From Ruditapes philippinarum (Eukaryota): a DNA stretch of 57,769 nucleotides. The notes under the pieces were generated by a model that searched no databases, was not told where the DNA came from, and saw only the letters and a list, made by a program, of their open reading frames with translations. Position 1 is the first letter of the stretch. Every line of letters begins with the position of its first letter. Location: assembly GCF_026571515.1 (NCBI RefSeq), contig NW_026866441.1:186001-243769 (forward strand), in the 5' to 3' direction. Positions 24,366 to 38,606 of the stretch are shown here, in pieces. The position numbers and the translations under genes were made by a program.

Positions 24366-26127
24366 ATGAGAATTGAGAAAAGGTACCGCAGGTATACTCC
24401 TGAGGCTCCTCTTAAGGCCTATCAGTTGGTAAAACAAAAAGGAGTGCGTGTTCAAAAAGCGGCAAGAATGTTTGGTGTTCCACCACAGACCTTAAGAGAT
24501 CGGGTGTTAGGGCACATACATGCTAAAACGTTTTTGTATGGGGTGATACTTTGTTTACTCATGAAGAGAAAAAATCACTAGTTGAGCACGTGGAGACCCT
24601 AGCAGAGCTTGGTTATGGTTATAGCAATGTTAGATTGCAGCAGCTAGCTGGTGAATTAGCTCATGACTTGGGGAAAAAGAAAGAAAACAAAGCCATGAGT
24701 AACAAATGGTTGACGGGCTTTCTTAAATGCTGGAATGACCGGTTGACCTCTCTAAATCCACGTAAACTTGAAAGTACCCGTGCAAAGAGTGTAACTCCAG
24801 GGGTTTTAGATAAGTATTTTACAAAACTTAAAGAGGTGTTACTCAAGCATGACTAGTTGGATAAGCCTCAGTTCATCTTTAACCTTGATGAGACTTGCCT
24901 TCAACCCGAACATCGACCTCCCAACGTTATTGCTAATCCTAAAACAAAGCCTCAGACTATAACTTCACCAAGAAGTACAACCACAACAGTAATTGCATGT
25001 ACGAATGCCCTAGGTAATTCTATACCTCCATACTTTGTTTTTAGGGCAAACGTTGGAATCCAGACCTAATAAAAGGAGCAACAACTGGTGCAAAAGATGT
25101 TATGTCCGAAACAGGTTGGTCCAATGGTGAGATCTTCCAAGAATATCTGAAAACACACTTTCTCCCATACGTAGAACCTACACCAACAAATTGTCAACAT
25201 CAACAACCAATACTTCTTATATATGATAGTCACACCTCTCACAAAACACCCCAATTAATAAACTGGGCAAAAGAGCAGGGTATTGTATTATTTGTTCTGC
25301 CTGCTCATTCATCACGTTTATTACAACCTTTGGATGTCTCAATTTTTGGCCCACTCAAAAATTATCATTACTTAGAGTGTTCAACATTCATGTATCAACA
25401 CATGGGTCAAACAATCACCAAGTACGAAATATGTTCCATTGCTTGCAAGGCATACCTGAAAGCCATGACACCTATAAATATTCAAGGGGGGTTCAGAAAT
25501 GCAGGCACTTACCCACTACATAAAGAGGTAATTTCACCAGAAAAGCTAATTCATGTGAGAGTTTCAGAGAAAAGAAACCAATAGACAAGTAAAGGCCATG
25601 AAATCTGGAAGGAAGCAGTTGAAGAATTTCTCCGAGTAAAAGAAGAAAGTCAACAGCGGGAAGTGAATCTATCATGTACATGTCTTAAGATAAAAACACC
25701 TGCTGTACAAAAACCAAATGCAGGAGGCACCGCCATCACTGGAGGTAAATACCTGGAAGAGCTTTATGAGTATGAAAGTAACAGAATTAGAAAAAACAAA
25801 GAACACAGAAAAACAATCATAAATTACAGGCCTACACCATCAACCAGTGGAGAAAGTTTGAAGAGGATATTACCAGTCAGAACCGATTGTGACACAGACA
25901 TTGAAGATGATGAAATCACAGAAAGTGATGTTTGCTGTATTTACAAGAAGCTCTCCCCACCAGGTCTTCGTGAGCTCCCGACCATCAAAATTGTTAACTG
26001 GGCTCAGTGTGACAAATACATGCATTGGGTACATTTGTTGTTTTTTTCACAACTATCAGAGTTTTTAGGAGACACAGCACATTTATGTATCCACATTTTA
26101 CAGAATAAACTCCAGTTTAGAAACTGA
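24366..26127 (+). pseudogene. Second pogo-like DDE_1 transposase with psq-type HTH and decayed PHD finger; several stops and frameshifts
   Basis: KGVRVQKAARMFGVPPQTLRDR; FIFNLDET; LLIYDSHTSH; QPLDVSIFGPLK; CCIYK...VNWAQCDKYMHWVHL, spread over five ORF fragments. Acceptor-like TTTTACAG ending at 24357. TIRs not identified. Confidence 0.9.
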
Positions 26128-26340
26128 AAAATGTTCTTGTTCCTGTTCTTCCTGTTCATTAATTGCCTTTTAAAAACTTCATTTAAATTTACTGTTTTCA
26201 AAAGTTATGATGTCTACAGTCCAGAAATATTTTTGTCTGGGTGGGTGACATGTCAGTCACTAACCCTTTCATAATTTTATGTTCTTAATTCTGGAAACAA
26301 AGTGATCCCTCGGAAGCATTCATCACAACAAAATAACATA

Positions 26341-26426
26341 AGAATTGCAGAATCGGTTTGATTGAGTCTGTACATGAGGGATAATGAATAAGTGCAACAT
26401 CCCTCACGCCCCCTAGCACCGGCTTG
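26341..26426 (+). repeat. Degenerate copy of the ~140-bp unit
   Basis: TTGCAGAATCGGTTTGATTGAGTCTGTACATG...CACGCCCCCTAGCACCGGCTT matches 53441-53524. Confidence 0.8.
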
Positions 26427-27141
26427 AGCGGTACTCAATTCTCAACACTTTATAGTGTTGGCATCAATGATCCCGAAGGACCAGAAAATATAACAACACT
26501 GAAGTGAACCTTTCTTTTGTTGATTGTTGATGTAATTAATTTATCACTTTCTGAAATCTTTTGCACCCGAAAACACTGATCTTGATGAAAAGTTTTGTTT
26601 GTTGACACACTTTACATCTGGATATGTAAACTAACATTGGGGGAAAAATTTAGTGGTGTGAACACCTCATTCTTGATGACGTCACAGGTTGAATAGGATT
26701 TCACGGATCGATGAGAAAGCGCCCAGCTGATCAAGACGGTCATGGTTGACCTGTGGAGGTACGCTGTTCTTTCAGTGTTGTTTTCAAAAAGTTATACTGT
26801 AAGATATTGAATTTATTTATTCAATATACAAACTATATTGTGTATATGTATAGTATTTAATACGCATGCGCAATTTTTCAAAATCAGAGTCACGAATCGA
26901 CGAGAGAAAAGCATATAATAAACATAAGGAAAATAATTTATTTTTATGTGATATCACTCATCATGAAGTTCGGCAGTTTCAAGTTAATATATTCGAACAA
27001 CTGAGCATTAGAAACAAACGCGTTACAATGAATTGTGCGATATTTGGAGTTAATATACGAGTCAATATTATAACTATTTACTAAATTCTTATCGTATATG
27101 GAGCATACTGTAATATATAATGTGGTCCTTTTGCAGAGTGC

Positions 27142-29424
27142 AAAATTGGGACCATTTTTAAGAAAATTGGGGAAAAGTCTGAGACCGTAATAAATATTTA
27201 TATATGGTTGTAGAGATCTGAATTTATAGAAGTATATCTGTCCTAGATTATTTGTTAAAAGATAAAGAAACACAAAGTATGATAACGTTAATTTCGTTTT
27301 ACGGGTTGGATTTAAAGAAATAACAGTGAAATATAAGATAAAAAAGCTTAGAAATATTGCTTTTACGAAATAGATTCTGTTGAAAGTTCACACATTCTTA
27401 GGTTAACTACTCAAAGATCGTGACAACAAACGCAGACCAATTCGAGAAGAGATTGTGACAAAATGCCAACTACCTTATAATACGGTTATGTATTACGGTC
27501 CTTTAAGTAGTAAGTTTGAGTTAAAAACTGTGTCATCCAGTATTATTTTTTTTTTTAAAATTTACAACTGTATCAATGCTGATACAAATGAAGATAATTT
27601 AAAGCTAGGAAGATAACTAACAAACGTCTTTTGTCATTTAGTTCTCTACTATAAATTTTGACTTGCGACTTGAATATTTTTTTCGTGTGTATTTACCATA
27701 TTCGGGGGAAAATTTTCTCTAACATTCTCAGTTGTCTGAAGATATCTTTGCCATCATTATAATAAACTTTGTCTCATAGTATAGAAGCTTGTTAAAAGAA
27801 AGTCATTGTATATTGAAAGTAAAATTTAATTGGAATCAATTTAAGAAAATATCTTTCTCTTCATTGTCGCTTAAAACAAAATGAAATTGAAAATAATTGT
27901 AAACCAGTTCAGGTATTAAAGTAAAGTGATTTATTTTTTGTACCGCCGTGAAGTCTAATCCATAGAATGACCAAACTTGATTCAATCCTCAATGTTTAAG
28001 TACACGTGCTACTTATCTTGGAAAAGCCAAAACCGTGGGATATCTGAAACATAAATTAATTTGTGTAATAGTTTTACTATTGCCTAGACCACCAGTGATA
28101 AATTATTCACCCCTTTTCTCACTTTTTACCTTTCTTGTTGTGAATACTCCCGTTATGTCAACTTAAATATCTCCACATCGCTTGAATAACGTTACTAATG
28201 ATTTCAAAAACCAAAAGAAATCTGTAGTATGACGTTCTTAAGACGTCGATTAATGTTTAATACACGACATGATTCTGTTAGGAACTTGATAGTGTTAGTA
28301 AAAAAGACATATTTTTCAGATTCTGAGAATTAGGGGAAGCAGTAAAAGAAGACGTTTGAACAGAATTGATAATAAGTAACCGTGAACAACGAAATCCTGT
28401 CTAGATTCTAGATAAGTATAATTAGATGTCTTATGATATTTACACTTTTATATACATAACCTTAGTTCCGCTTTACGCTAGAATCTACTTAAGTTGTATT
28501 TAACATGTTCATTTGTCTAATCAAACGTGTTCGTAACATCCTGTACTCCATCGGAATTCATTTAACATTTACGCTGTTATCTCAAAACATAAGGTCATGT
28601 ATTTAGTGTTATGTTAGACCTTAGAGCAAATTATTCTATTCCTATCGAACAATGATATACAATGTACGTACATTCACCATGAGCCTGCTTAGTATGCACT
28701 TCCGAGTTGAAATTAAATAATACAACAATCTGGTAGTCGACGTTTTCGATTTTTTCTATGCTGTCTGTGTATGTATGGAGCCCTGGATTTGTCTTCATGT
28801 TTTTCCTAGCATTTTAAGATTTCTATAATTTTGACAAAGCTACATATTTCAAGGCGGCTTCATTTGATATTTTTAGTTTGTCGGTTGGCACTATTAGATA
28901 TATTCACTTGTAAAATGTCATCCATTTGCTTTAATAATAATCGCGGTTAAGGAATAAATATATAATATTTTTACTTCTTTAGAAAGGACAAACATGAATT
29001 ATTTTATAACGTTAAAATAATAGTTTAATGAAGGTTAGATGATTATAACCTGAAGAAAATAGCGATTAGTGTGATATAATTTCTTATCAAAGTAGCAAGA
29101 TGTATACAAAATAGTATTTGGACTTCCATACAAAATGCTAAATTACTAAATACTAGACGTACTAATGTACTGTACTAATAGCCAAACATCATCAGATGAT
29201 TAAGAAGTTTCAGGCATTTGGACAATGAAGTAAGTTTTGGAAACTATATAAGTATAAGAAAAATTAAAAAGCAAACGAGAAATAGAAATAAATTAAAGTA
29301 TTTCTGAAGCATGATGGGCCTTTAATATATAGGGCGCTTTTAAAATGGCGTCTGCTCTTTAAATAATTAGCTTTAACTATAAATTGCTTAAATGAAAGAA
29401 AGTTATTGCTTTAATGAAATAACC
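27142..29424 (+). repeat. Segmental duplication B, copy 1
   Basis: Collinear with 51065-53221, e.g. TTAAGAAAATTGGGGAAAAGTCTGAG; TTGTTGTGAATACTCCCGTTATGTCAACTT; CATATTTCAAGGCGGCTTCATTTGATATTT. Confidence 0.92.
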
Positions 29425-32400
29425 GTATGGTAATTTTGTGTTTGACTATAATATTTCACCTGAAAAGAACTTTTATAATGAAGTAAATTGTTACCCATGT
29501 GTCAATAAACTTCGGAAGTCTTCCTTATTTTACAGTAAGTAATCCTAATATAAAACCTCTTTGCACGGTGCTTAATTCCTTCATCTTATTACATACTTCC
29601 TTAACGGAAATAATGCATTAAATTGTCTAACGCACATAATAGTATAATATTAAAGTCTCTACCGTCAGCCCGTAGGATGTAATTTTATCACACATATAAG
29701 GCGCTTTAGATAAAGTTTGATCCATTTATATGGTCAATACCCTCAGATATATTTGCTTAAACAGTTTATACAGTAAAATGACCGATGATACCGCGAAGAA
29801 GTAAAAGGACAAATATGAATGTTGACCTAAATCGAAGCATGATTGATATATTAAATAGATTCTCTCGTTTGAGAACTTTTACATTCTCTGAAGACGTTCT
29901 ACAGATGGACCATAAGATTTACAATATCTTCTTCTTGTCAGACTTATACGTTCTTAATTAAAATTCTCATTCTGGTAGAATCTCGATATTGAGTATCAGT
30001 GGAACGAACAGTCGACACTTTGTTGACCGCAAACACATCCCTTTTTTATAGTTCTTCCTTACTATTTATAATTTTTAGTCAAATGACACTTTTACATTCT
30101 TGCACTATTAACCAGTTTAAACTCCCCAGCAGTATTAATAACATGGGAGATTTTTCTATCCAGAGAAAAAAGACTGGATGCGAGCGAGCATTATTTCACA
30201 AATATTAAATCGCAATTCTTATTATCGCCCTCTGCAATATGCATTTATGTTTCAACGCCTGTTTCATTTGTCCGAGAATTCAAGATATCAATATACCCTC
30301 ACACCCGTCAAGCCCGTTATAATAAACACAATAAACAAGTAGGTTAATTTACAAAGTAAATAACTAGATTAATGAATGTAAATGAACATTTTCAAAAGTT
30401 GATCATTCTCTGTACAAATGCATATCAAAGCATATTGGTCTGTAGCTCTAATACGTTTTGTTTTCCGTTTTTCGCACTTACGTGAACTAACCGAAATTGA
30501 TCTTTGTTTATATGCACGTTATGGTTTTGAAATGTCTGTAATTAATCACTCAGGTCCATGCCCTTTATTATTATTTTCTTATGCATCTAAACTCAATATA
30601 ATGCATATTTTAAAACGATGAATTAAAATCACGATATTTCTCCTAAGTAACATATCTCTGTTTTGTAACAAATTTTTGTTATTACGGATGGAAGTAGTTA
30701 TTATATGCATAAAACGTGAAACTCTAGTTTGGATATAATACAAGGGGCTGTCAAATAACAGTTGGCAATAAATTAATGGCATGGTAGAGAAAAACAAAAC
30801 GCTTGTTGTTTGCGGCCAACAAAGTGTCGGGTGTAATTATCTCCGATAATCCCCCAGAATAAAACTTGAAGAATTTAGAGGCCATTCAAGAAAAAGATAT
30901 GTAAATGGTAAGTGTGGTCAATCCGTATAATTTCTTCAAGGAATCTAGAAGCTCTACGAAATATCACTTTCCAGATTAAGAAGAATCTATACATAAATCA
31001 TTGAAGTAATTATATGTAATTTATTTGAGTGATATTGTATGTACACAATAGGGCGTAAAGATTTGCCCATTTGTATCTAAAAACGCAGCTCTGAGCAGAT
31101 TAACGAAGGAGAAAATTATTCTATTTCTACTTATACAACCTAAATTCATTAATAAGGTTCTATAAATATATAATTAAGATAAGATAACACAGCCAATATT
31201 TTTTTTCCATTTGATGACCCGCTTTGTATATAACCAGATATATTATTTGAATGACTGTATTTCAGAGACCCTCACCTCCAAGTACTAGTGTTTCCTTTTG
31301 TCCGAACTGGCTAAACGTTGGTCTTTAAACCTTATAAATTACTTTCAAAAATTTAAAGAACAATTTTTATTCAGGAAATACATAATAGGCTGAAGAAATA
31401 AACCCAGCTTTACATTGGGATAGTGAAGAAAGAAAAAGAAAGAAGATATTCGAACTAGACGAAAAATCATCTTCAATAATGAAACATCATAAGAGTTTGG
31501 ATGGTATATAAAGTACAGCTCGTATATAGGCCTAACTCTAATTAAACACATAATCAACACACAAGATGTAAATTGGAAATACTGGAATCATATTTTCCGT
31601 TTATCTGTCCGTGCAGTTTTGATTATCCGGAATATTGCTAAAAAGTAGTGTAGGTATCAAATTGAAACTACATACAAAGATAGGTCTTATTAAGGGGCAA
31701 AATGTTTTAAAATTTAAAAAAATCCCTTTGTAACTTTCTTATTGAGAAATATACTTTGTAACTATTCACATTTGTGAAATTATTTGTATAAATTGTTTAA
31801 TGCTTTAATCTAAAACTTCATACATCGTATCAGGACATTGGCAGTTCCAGTTTTTTCTGATCCTCGTAGAGTATGCTAATATAACATTCATGTATAGGTT
31901 TCTATAACTGGTATAATGACAAAGTTAAGAACATCTTGGATTATTTCTTAACTATTGTACATACATATTAATCGGTGTGTGTACTTATTTCATATCTTGG
32001 AAGAAATAAGATCAATTATGACTTTATTATTATTATTAAAATAAATGTAGATTTCCTAAACTGAACATATTTGCACGTATTAAAATAATGTTCCGATATA
32101 TATTTACATACAATAATTGAAAATAAAACCTCTGACAAAACCTGTCGAAAACAGCCAACCAATTCATGTCTTCTGAATATACAAAACTTTCGAATGGAAA
32201 TCAAAATAGTTATATTATATATTATTAATATATATATTGACCATATTTTCCATTCAAAATGATTAAATTGGCCAAAGGCATGATATTATGCCAATTTGCT
32301 AAATAAACTAAACTGTAGTGATAGTTGGAAAAGTACAAATAGGGCTACACGTTAAGCGGAGTATGGTGACCTTTTTTTTTAATTCCAAACAGTTTAAATG

Positions 32401-33286
32401 TCATTCCATTTTCTTCATTTTAAACAAACGAGCTTTACCTAAAACTGAGTGGTCTATAATAATATATCATATACTTCCCAAAATATTTGCTTTGTATTCT
32501 TACAAAGAAAGTGAATATAATTTAAGGTAGGAACTTAAAATTGTGGTTTGAAAAACATATTCCGGTTCTTATCAATGCTGTAACTTGCTTTTAATTTTGT
32601 CTGATGTTGTCATGACAACGAGTTCCTAATTTTAGGAACACATATAAAAATATGTGCAAATTAATCATATGGTTACAAAACAAAGTACATTCTTTTCTTC
32701 AAATCTATTTTCGTAACAATCTCTTAACATTATGGCGAATAAAATGTTTATAAAAAATCAGTACGATTATCAAGCGCGTTTTAATTCTATATCGTTTGGA
32801 TTTTATTTGTTTTTAACTAAATATGTTAAGGATAGCTCTATAATAACCAAGTAAAAATAGTTCAGTCCGAATATAAAAGTATGTGTATGGTTGAAACTGC
32901 TTTTACAGTTATAAGACCATGGAATTACTTCAAACTGGCATTCTAAATTACATTTCTCCTTTACTTGTCCTTAATTGTCAAGAGAGGTTGATAATAAAGT
33001 ATTTTCTAATAACTTTCCATCAGCACTGATTTGATCACAATTTTTGAATTCTAGACATTATGTGGTTTGTTAAATGTGCCAATAACAATTCAAAGAGGTA
33101 TGGTGTACTGGTCTGTAATCTATTGAGAATTTTGTCAGGTACTGTCCAGACAAGAAAATTAAAGCTTTGACATTAAATCATTTCTAGAAACTTTTGAGAT
33201 TTATATTCGCATGTTTTATGATGTCATCACATACGTTTTTTCCGTAACAACCATTTTTAAAGCTATCTATTTTTTTTTATAAATGA

Positions 33287-34896
33287 TTAGCTCACTTCAG
33301 CTTGCTTAGGGTAAGCTTTTAGGATCGATCGATGAATGTCCGTCGTCTGTCATCCGTCCACATTTATTGCGGTCACATTTTTGCCTCAATCATCATCAAA
33401 CTTTGTCAGGATGCTTGTCTAGGTAATTGCTCGGATGAGTTCGAACATGGGTCATCTCGGATTAAAAACTATGCCACAGGAGCTAAAATTAGAAAAATAT
33501 TGTTAACAATCTAGTGGCTACTGTTTTGATCCAAATATCCTTGAAATTGGTCTGAAAGTTTGTTTTGATGACTTCTAGGTCAAGTTCGAATATGGGTTAC
33601 CTGGGGTCAAAACCAGGACACATCGCCAAAATATGGTAAAACCTTGTTAACAATCTAGTGTTTTTTTTACTCAGTTGTCATCAAACTTTGTCAGAATGCT
33701 TGTCTAGGTAATTGCTCTAATGAGTTTCTACATTGGTCATCTCGGATGAAAAACTAGGTCACAGGAACTAAAAATAGAAAAACATTGTTAACACTTTAGT
33801 TGTAACATTTGTGATCCAAATATCCTTGAAATTGTTTTGAAAGATGACTTCTATGTCAAGTTTAATATGATCAAAAACTATGTCACATCGCCCAAATATG
33901 GAAAAAAAAACCTTGTTAACAATCTAGTGGTCACATTTTTGACTCAACTGTTATCAGACTCGGCCAGAATGCTTGTCTAGGTAATTGCTCGAATGAGTTT
34001 TGAACATGGGTCATCTCGGAGCTAAAAGGTCACAGGAGCTAAAAAATAGAAAATATTTTTAACACTCTAGTGGCTACTGTTTTGATCCAAATTTCCTGGG
34101 AAATTGGTTTGAAAGTTTGTTTTGATGATTTTAGGTCAAGTGCGATTATAGGTCACCTGGGGTTAAAACTAGGTCACACCGGCCAATTATGGAAAAACCT
34201 TGTTAACACTCTAGTGGTAAAATTTGGCCTCAATCATCATCAAACTTTGTCAGGATGCTTGTCTTGCTTTGATAAGTTTGTACATTGATTATTTCGGTTG
34301 AACAACTAGGTCACAGGAGCTTAAAACTGAAAAGTCTTCTTGACATTCTAGTGCCTTCTGTTTTGATCAAAATAACCTTGAAATTGGTCTGAAAGTTTGT
34401 TTTGATGAGTCTAGGTCAAGTTTGAATATGGGTCACCAAGGGTCAAAACCAGGTGATACCGCCCAAATATGGAGAAAGAAATTGTAAACACTCCAGTGGG
34501 CACATTTGTGACTCAATTGTTATCATGGTCAGGATGCTTGTCAATTCCAAGGATAGGTTCGAACATGGGTCATCTTGGATGGAAAAAATAGGTCACAGGA
34601 ACTAAAAATAAAAAAAATCTTGTTCACACACTAGTGGCTACTCTTTTGAGACAAATATCCTGAAAAATTGGTCTGAAAGTTTTGATTTGATGATTTCTAG
34701 GTCAACTTCGAATATGGGTCACCTGAAATCAAACACTAGGTCACACTGTTCGAATATGGAAAAACCTTGTTAACACTCAAGAGGTCACATTTTTTACTCA
34801 ACTGTTATGAAACTTGGTCAGTATGCTTGTCTAGGTAATTGCTCAGGTATGTTTGATGGGTCGAGTGAGCAATCTAGCGCCATATTGGCCCTCTTG
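33287..34896 (+). mobile_element. HINE/Helentron-type element with an internal dimeric tandem array
   Basis: 5' TTAGCTCAC hairpin region plus TCCGTCGTCTGTC; 3' GTGAGCAATCTAGCGCCATATTGGCCCTCTTG; about 11 ~143-bp subunits alternating A/B; inserted at a TT; empty site in the other palindrome arm near 43095. Confidence 0.9.
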
Positions 34897-35637
34897 TTTG
34901 TTTCATTTGGCGATATTAAGCACAATTTGGTGATGCATTTGATATCTGGTGGACTACTTCATTTATTGAATATGGGGATAAATATATTTTGTTTTCTTTC
35001 ATGACATTAAAGAAGAAAAAAATGAAATGCAGTTTATTTTCCTGGTTCCACTTTATTTATCTGTTTAGATTATCATATGGGTTAACACGTAACATGCTTT
35101 ATATTGTTTCTTGCATCCATTCCTATCCCGGAATTGCGATAATATCTGTGTCATGTCTATTTGTCAATTTTATTTATTTTATTGACAACGTTAACGTTAT
35201 TTTAGCGTTTATACTTGTTTATTCTGTATTCTAAAGCATTCATCCCCTATTAAAACATATACCAGGGACTTTTTGGACATGAAATAATCTTCAAATGATA
35301 CTGAGTTCAAGGTAAAACTCCGTGATTTTAACTAGTTACCGTAACGTCGTTACAAGAAACTACAAAAGATGAAATGTTACCAAAAAAGAAGACTTTTATT
35401 GGTTTCTTTCCTACATGTCGAACCAATAACTATCCAGCATTGCTTCTGTCACACACAGTCGTTTCGTTTGAATTATATTTGAATAAATACATGTTCACAA
35501 GAACAACATTGCATAAACATTGCTCAATTTCATTGTTATACTAGTATCACAGCCCACCATTAAATGACAACATAAACATAGACCTATTATACAAATTGTT
35601 ATATTCTCATTTTCTACAGACGTGTCTGCTTATATTT

Positions 35638-35785
35638 TTTTATTTGGTTTTATGGTGCAGCAACATAATCTAGGTCATATAGCGATAATATTTTGGTGAC
35701 CTCATCTGTTGGGACAACAGTAAGTCGAACCCATTTAGTCGCCTCTTACGATAACTCAGGGATAAACGGTGGCTGAAATTCGCAT
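35638..35785 (-). mobile_element. SINE fragment shared by both palindrome arms
   Basis: AACCCATTTAGTCGCCTCTTACGA...GGGATAAACGGTGGCTGAAA with a TTTA-like tail; inverted partner at 42333-42532. Confidence 0.6.
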
Positions 35786-36334
35786 GACACAAACCTTGAA
35801 TGATAAATAGAATATGAAGGAATATTTATTAACACATATCCAAAAATACAATAAATCATCCTCAATCTTATAAGAAATCAAGAATACTTTCTTGAATAAA
35901 CTAACATAAAAAATATATGCTGATATGAACAACTGGTCAAATAAAACAAGCTGAAACGCAAACAGCGTCTTGCTAATGTCGGTAACATTAAAGGTATAAT
36001 TAATGAAATAATAGTACGAAATAAATTGTTCAACATAGTGCTATCTTAGGTTTTAAGTTAGGAAAACGTCGTTCTTCATTTACTGTCAGGCGTGATACAC
36101 GTATGGACGGCTTCATCACATAGGGGTAATCAGCTGTATATATAACAAAGGTTTCTATCATATTTTTGATTAGTTGACAAAATACGTAATCTAAGAAATA
36201 TTATGAATGCATAATTGAAGGACAGTACAGTAACACACCAATTTACATAAACATACAAAGGGAAGAAACACATAGATGTTAAAGATAGTGTTTGTATCGT
36301 AATTTTTCACGTTCCTTTTTTAGTTATGGATATA

Positions 36335-36682
36335 GACTTAATGATGGCATTTACACTTATTTTATCACGATAAAATGCGACAAAATTCGTGCAATAACAT
36401 AAAAAGTTACAATAGTCATAAATAAGAAAAGCATAGTGCAAGCAATTAAAAATTCTATATTTTGAGACAATAAGACAATTACTTAATCAGGATGCAGAAC
36501 CAACTTAGAACGACACATTTTTTATCAGACTTTAAGATATTGCCGTACATGTATTCATAATACATGTCTATGTATAAATACATATATCATTTAAATCCCA
36601 TTTATTTTTAAAGAAATTGCTTCAAAGAAATTGCTTCAAAAATGCACAATGTATAGAAAATGAAAGAAAGTAGATTTTCTCA
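36335..36682 (+). repeat. Old direct duplication C, copy 1 (partner 38607-39277)
   Basis: GACTTAATGA..GCATTTACAC.TTATTTTATC..GAT.AAATGCGACAAAATT; ATGCAGAAC; TTGCCG.ACATGTA.TCAT shared in the same order. Confidence 0.75.
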
Positions 36683-38606
36683 TTCATAAAGATTAATTCA
36701 AAAACATGTGATTTTCACTCAATCACACATCTCACTGTTTGAAGAGTTCGAATGATCAGGAATATATCCCAACCGGAGCGGCGCTCAGCCCAGCGGTCGA
36801 CTACCCATGCACATGCGCCATCCGAACGACACAGTGATCTTTATTACAGCAAATAAAATCACCATTTGGAAACATTATTTCCGATATCTAACACACTTCA
36901 AACAAATAAATGCTCCCTAACGTGAGCTCTAAGCTCAAGGTTCCAACCTGACTTTCTCAGCTACTTATTCCTCAAGCGCCGTACTGCACTGTTTGATGTC
37001 TAACATATCACAATGTGGTATCATACTATAATTAGATTATAATCGTGAGTCATGTCTAGATATGGACGTCATTCATGTGATTATTATGCATATAACAGAC
37101 ACTTGTTCGGATTCTTGCGTCAGTTGGTCTCACATGAGGAACAACGGAAAAAATACCGCGGACAAGTTGTAAGAGCTATACAAATAATAATAACCCTAAA
37201 CTTATATAAGGTATAGACATGTATACCTGTCAATTGATAAGAAAGCATCTCTATTTCACTGTAACATTGACACTGTTTGTGACATTCATAATCCCATATA
37301 CAGGATTTGAAGCCTGTGTTACTCTATGTTCATTTGAAGTTAGTATTGTACACAACAATTGTCTACAATGATCTATAGTAATCTCACAACCTTACATCAA
37401 GCACTACATATGGCTAAACTCATAGCTAGACAAAGCACATATCCGTCCGACCCTGTTTTCAATTCAAATTCTTGAAATGGTTGTTAATTTTAACATTCTT
37501 AAATCTAAATGCTTAATCTTGTCAAGTCCTATTAAGTAAAACGTGTAAAATTTTATTTTATAATATTGACAAAAGACTTTTAACATTTGGTAACATCCCT
37601 TGTATATAAGAGATTCAGAAAGGAAATGATTATTTGAAATGCATACAGTCTTGTGTACAAGAGGAAAAACGGAATAAAACATTTAGAAATATTTTGTAGT
37701 TAGTTATACGATTTTTATTTCTTAAGTGTTTGTTAGATGTTGAGCGATTAATAGATTTAAACTAGCTCAGAAATTTGATAATATTACCATATTGTCAAAC
37801 TCAAAAAATCGTTGAAAGTTTGAAAGTTTAACAAAGACAGGAATATACGGCAATTTATAACGTTTTAAATACATCTAAGAGCTAGATAGCGAGACACAAA
37901 AAGCACATCAATTATAATTATATTTCCTTCAATTTTAACAAAACTATCTCTAAAGAATAAAGTACGTCTAGTAATTATTGTCTTGGAATTGCGCTCGACT
38001 TTATTTAAAATAATTCTGTTCATTAAACATTAATTGGGTCTCTTTAAAATACGGAATTGAGTAGGGGAACGGTCCTAATATCAATCTTCTTAAAATGGTA
38101 AAATCATTTATATAAAAAGGCAAAACGGGTCAGCTGTGCCTTGAAGTCTAGACAGAACATACTTTCACAATTGGCATGGTGTGACTCAATTCCCGCTTTT
38201 CAACAAACTGAATAGTTACTCTAATTTTTTTTTATCAAACTATTTCATTTTATGAATCCAAACATATGTATCTCTTTAACATTTTACTTATTCTTTCACA
38301 ATTTACATTAAAAAAAGTGTTGTCCTCAGTTATGCTTACATCTTTAATTGAATGCTTATTTATGAAATTAAATAGGTGGTGCTAAAAAATCAGTTAAAAT
38401 TGTTGCATCACCGCCAAATGGCTTTTACTACGTTCTCATTGTACGACTAACACATTAATACTTATTTCAAAATACATGTATACCAGCTTGCTATCATATT
38501 TAAACATCAACGTATTCAGATCGATCGACACATTATCACTTTGTCTGTAAAAACTGGTTTTAATTATCAAAAATTGTAATTCTCCCCGTTTCGTGTCATT
38601 AACGGG

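Noticed and set aside
26341-26426. 140-bp unit as the right TIR of the second pogo element
   Set aside because: No inverted counterpart seen upstream of 24366
33371-34846. Repeat arrays as CRISPR
   Set aside because: Long contiguous tandem monomers without unique spacers, no cas genes, eukaryotic context
35546-35567. TATCACAGCC resembling the miR-2 family 5' end
   Set aside because: No precursor hairpin, the 3' part does not match, and it is not conserved in the other arm
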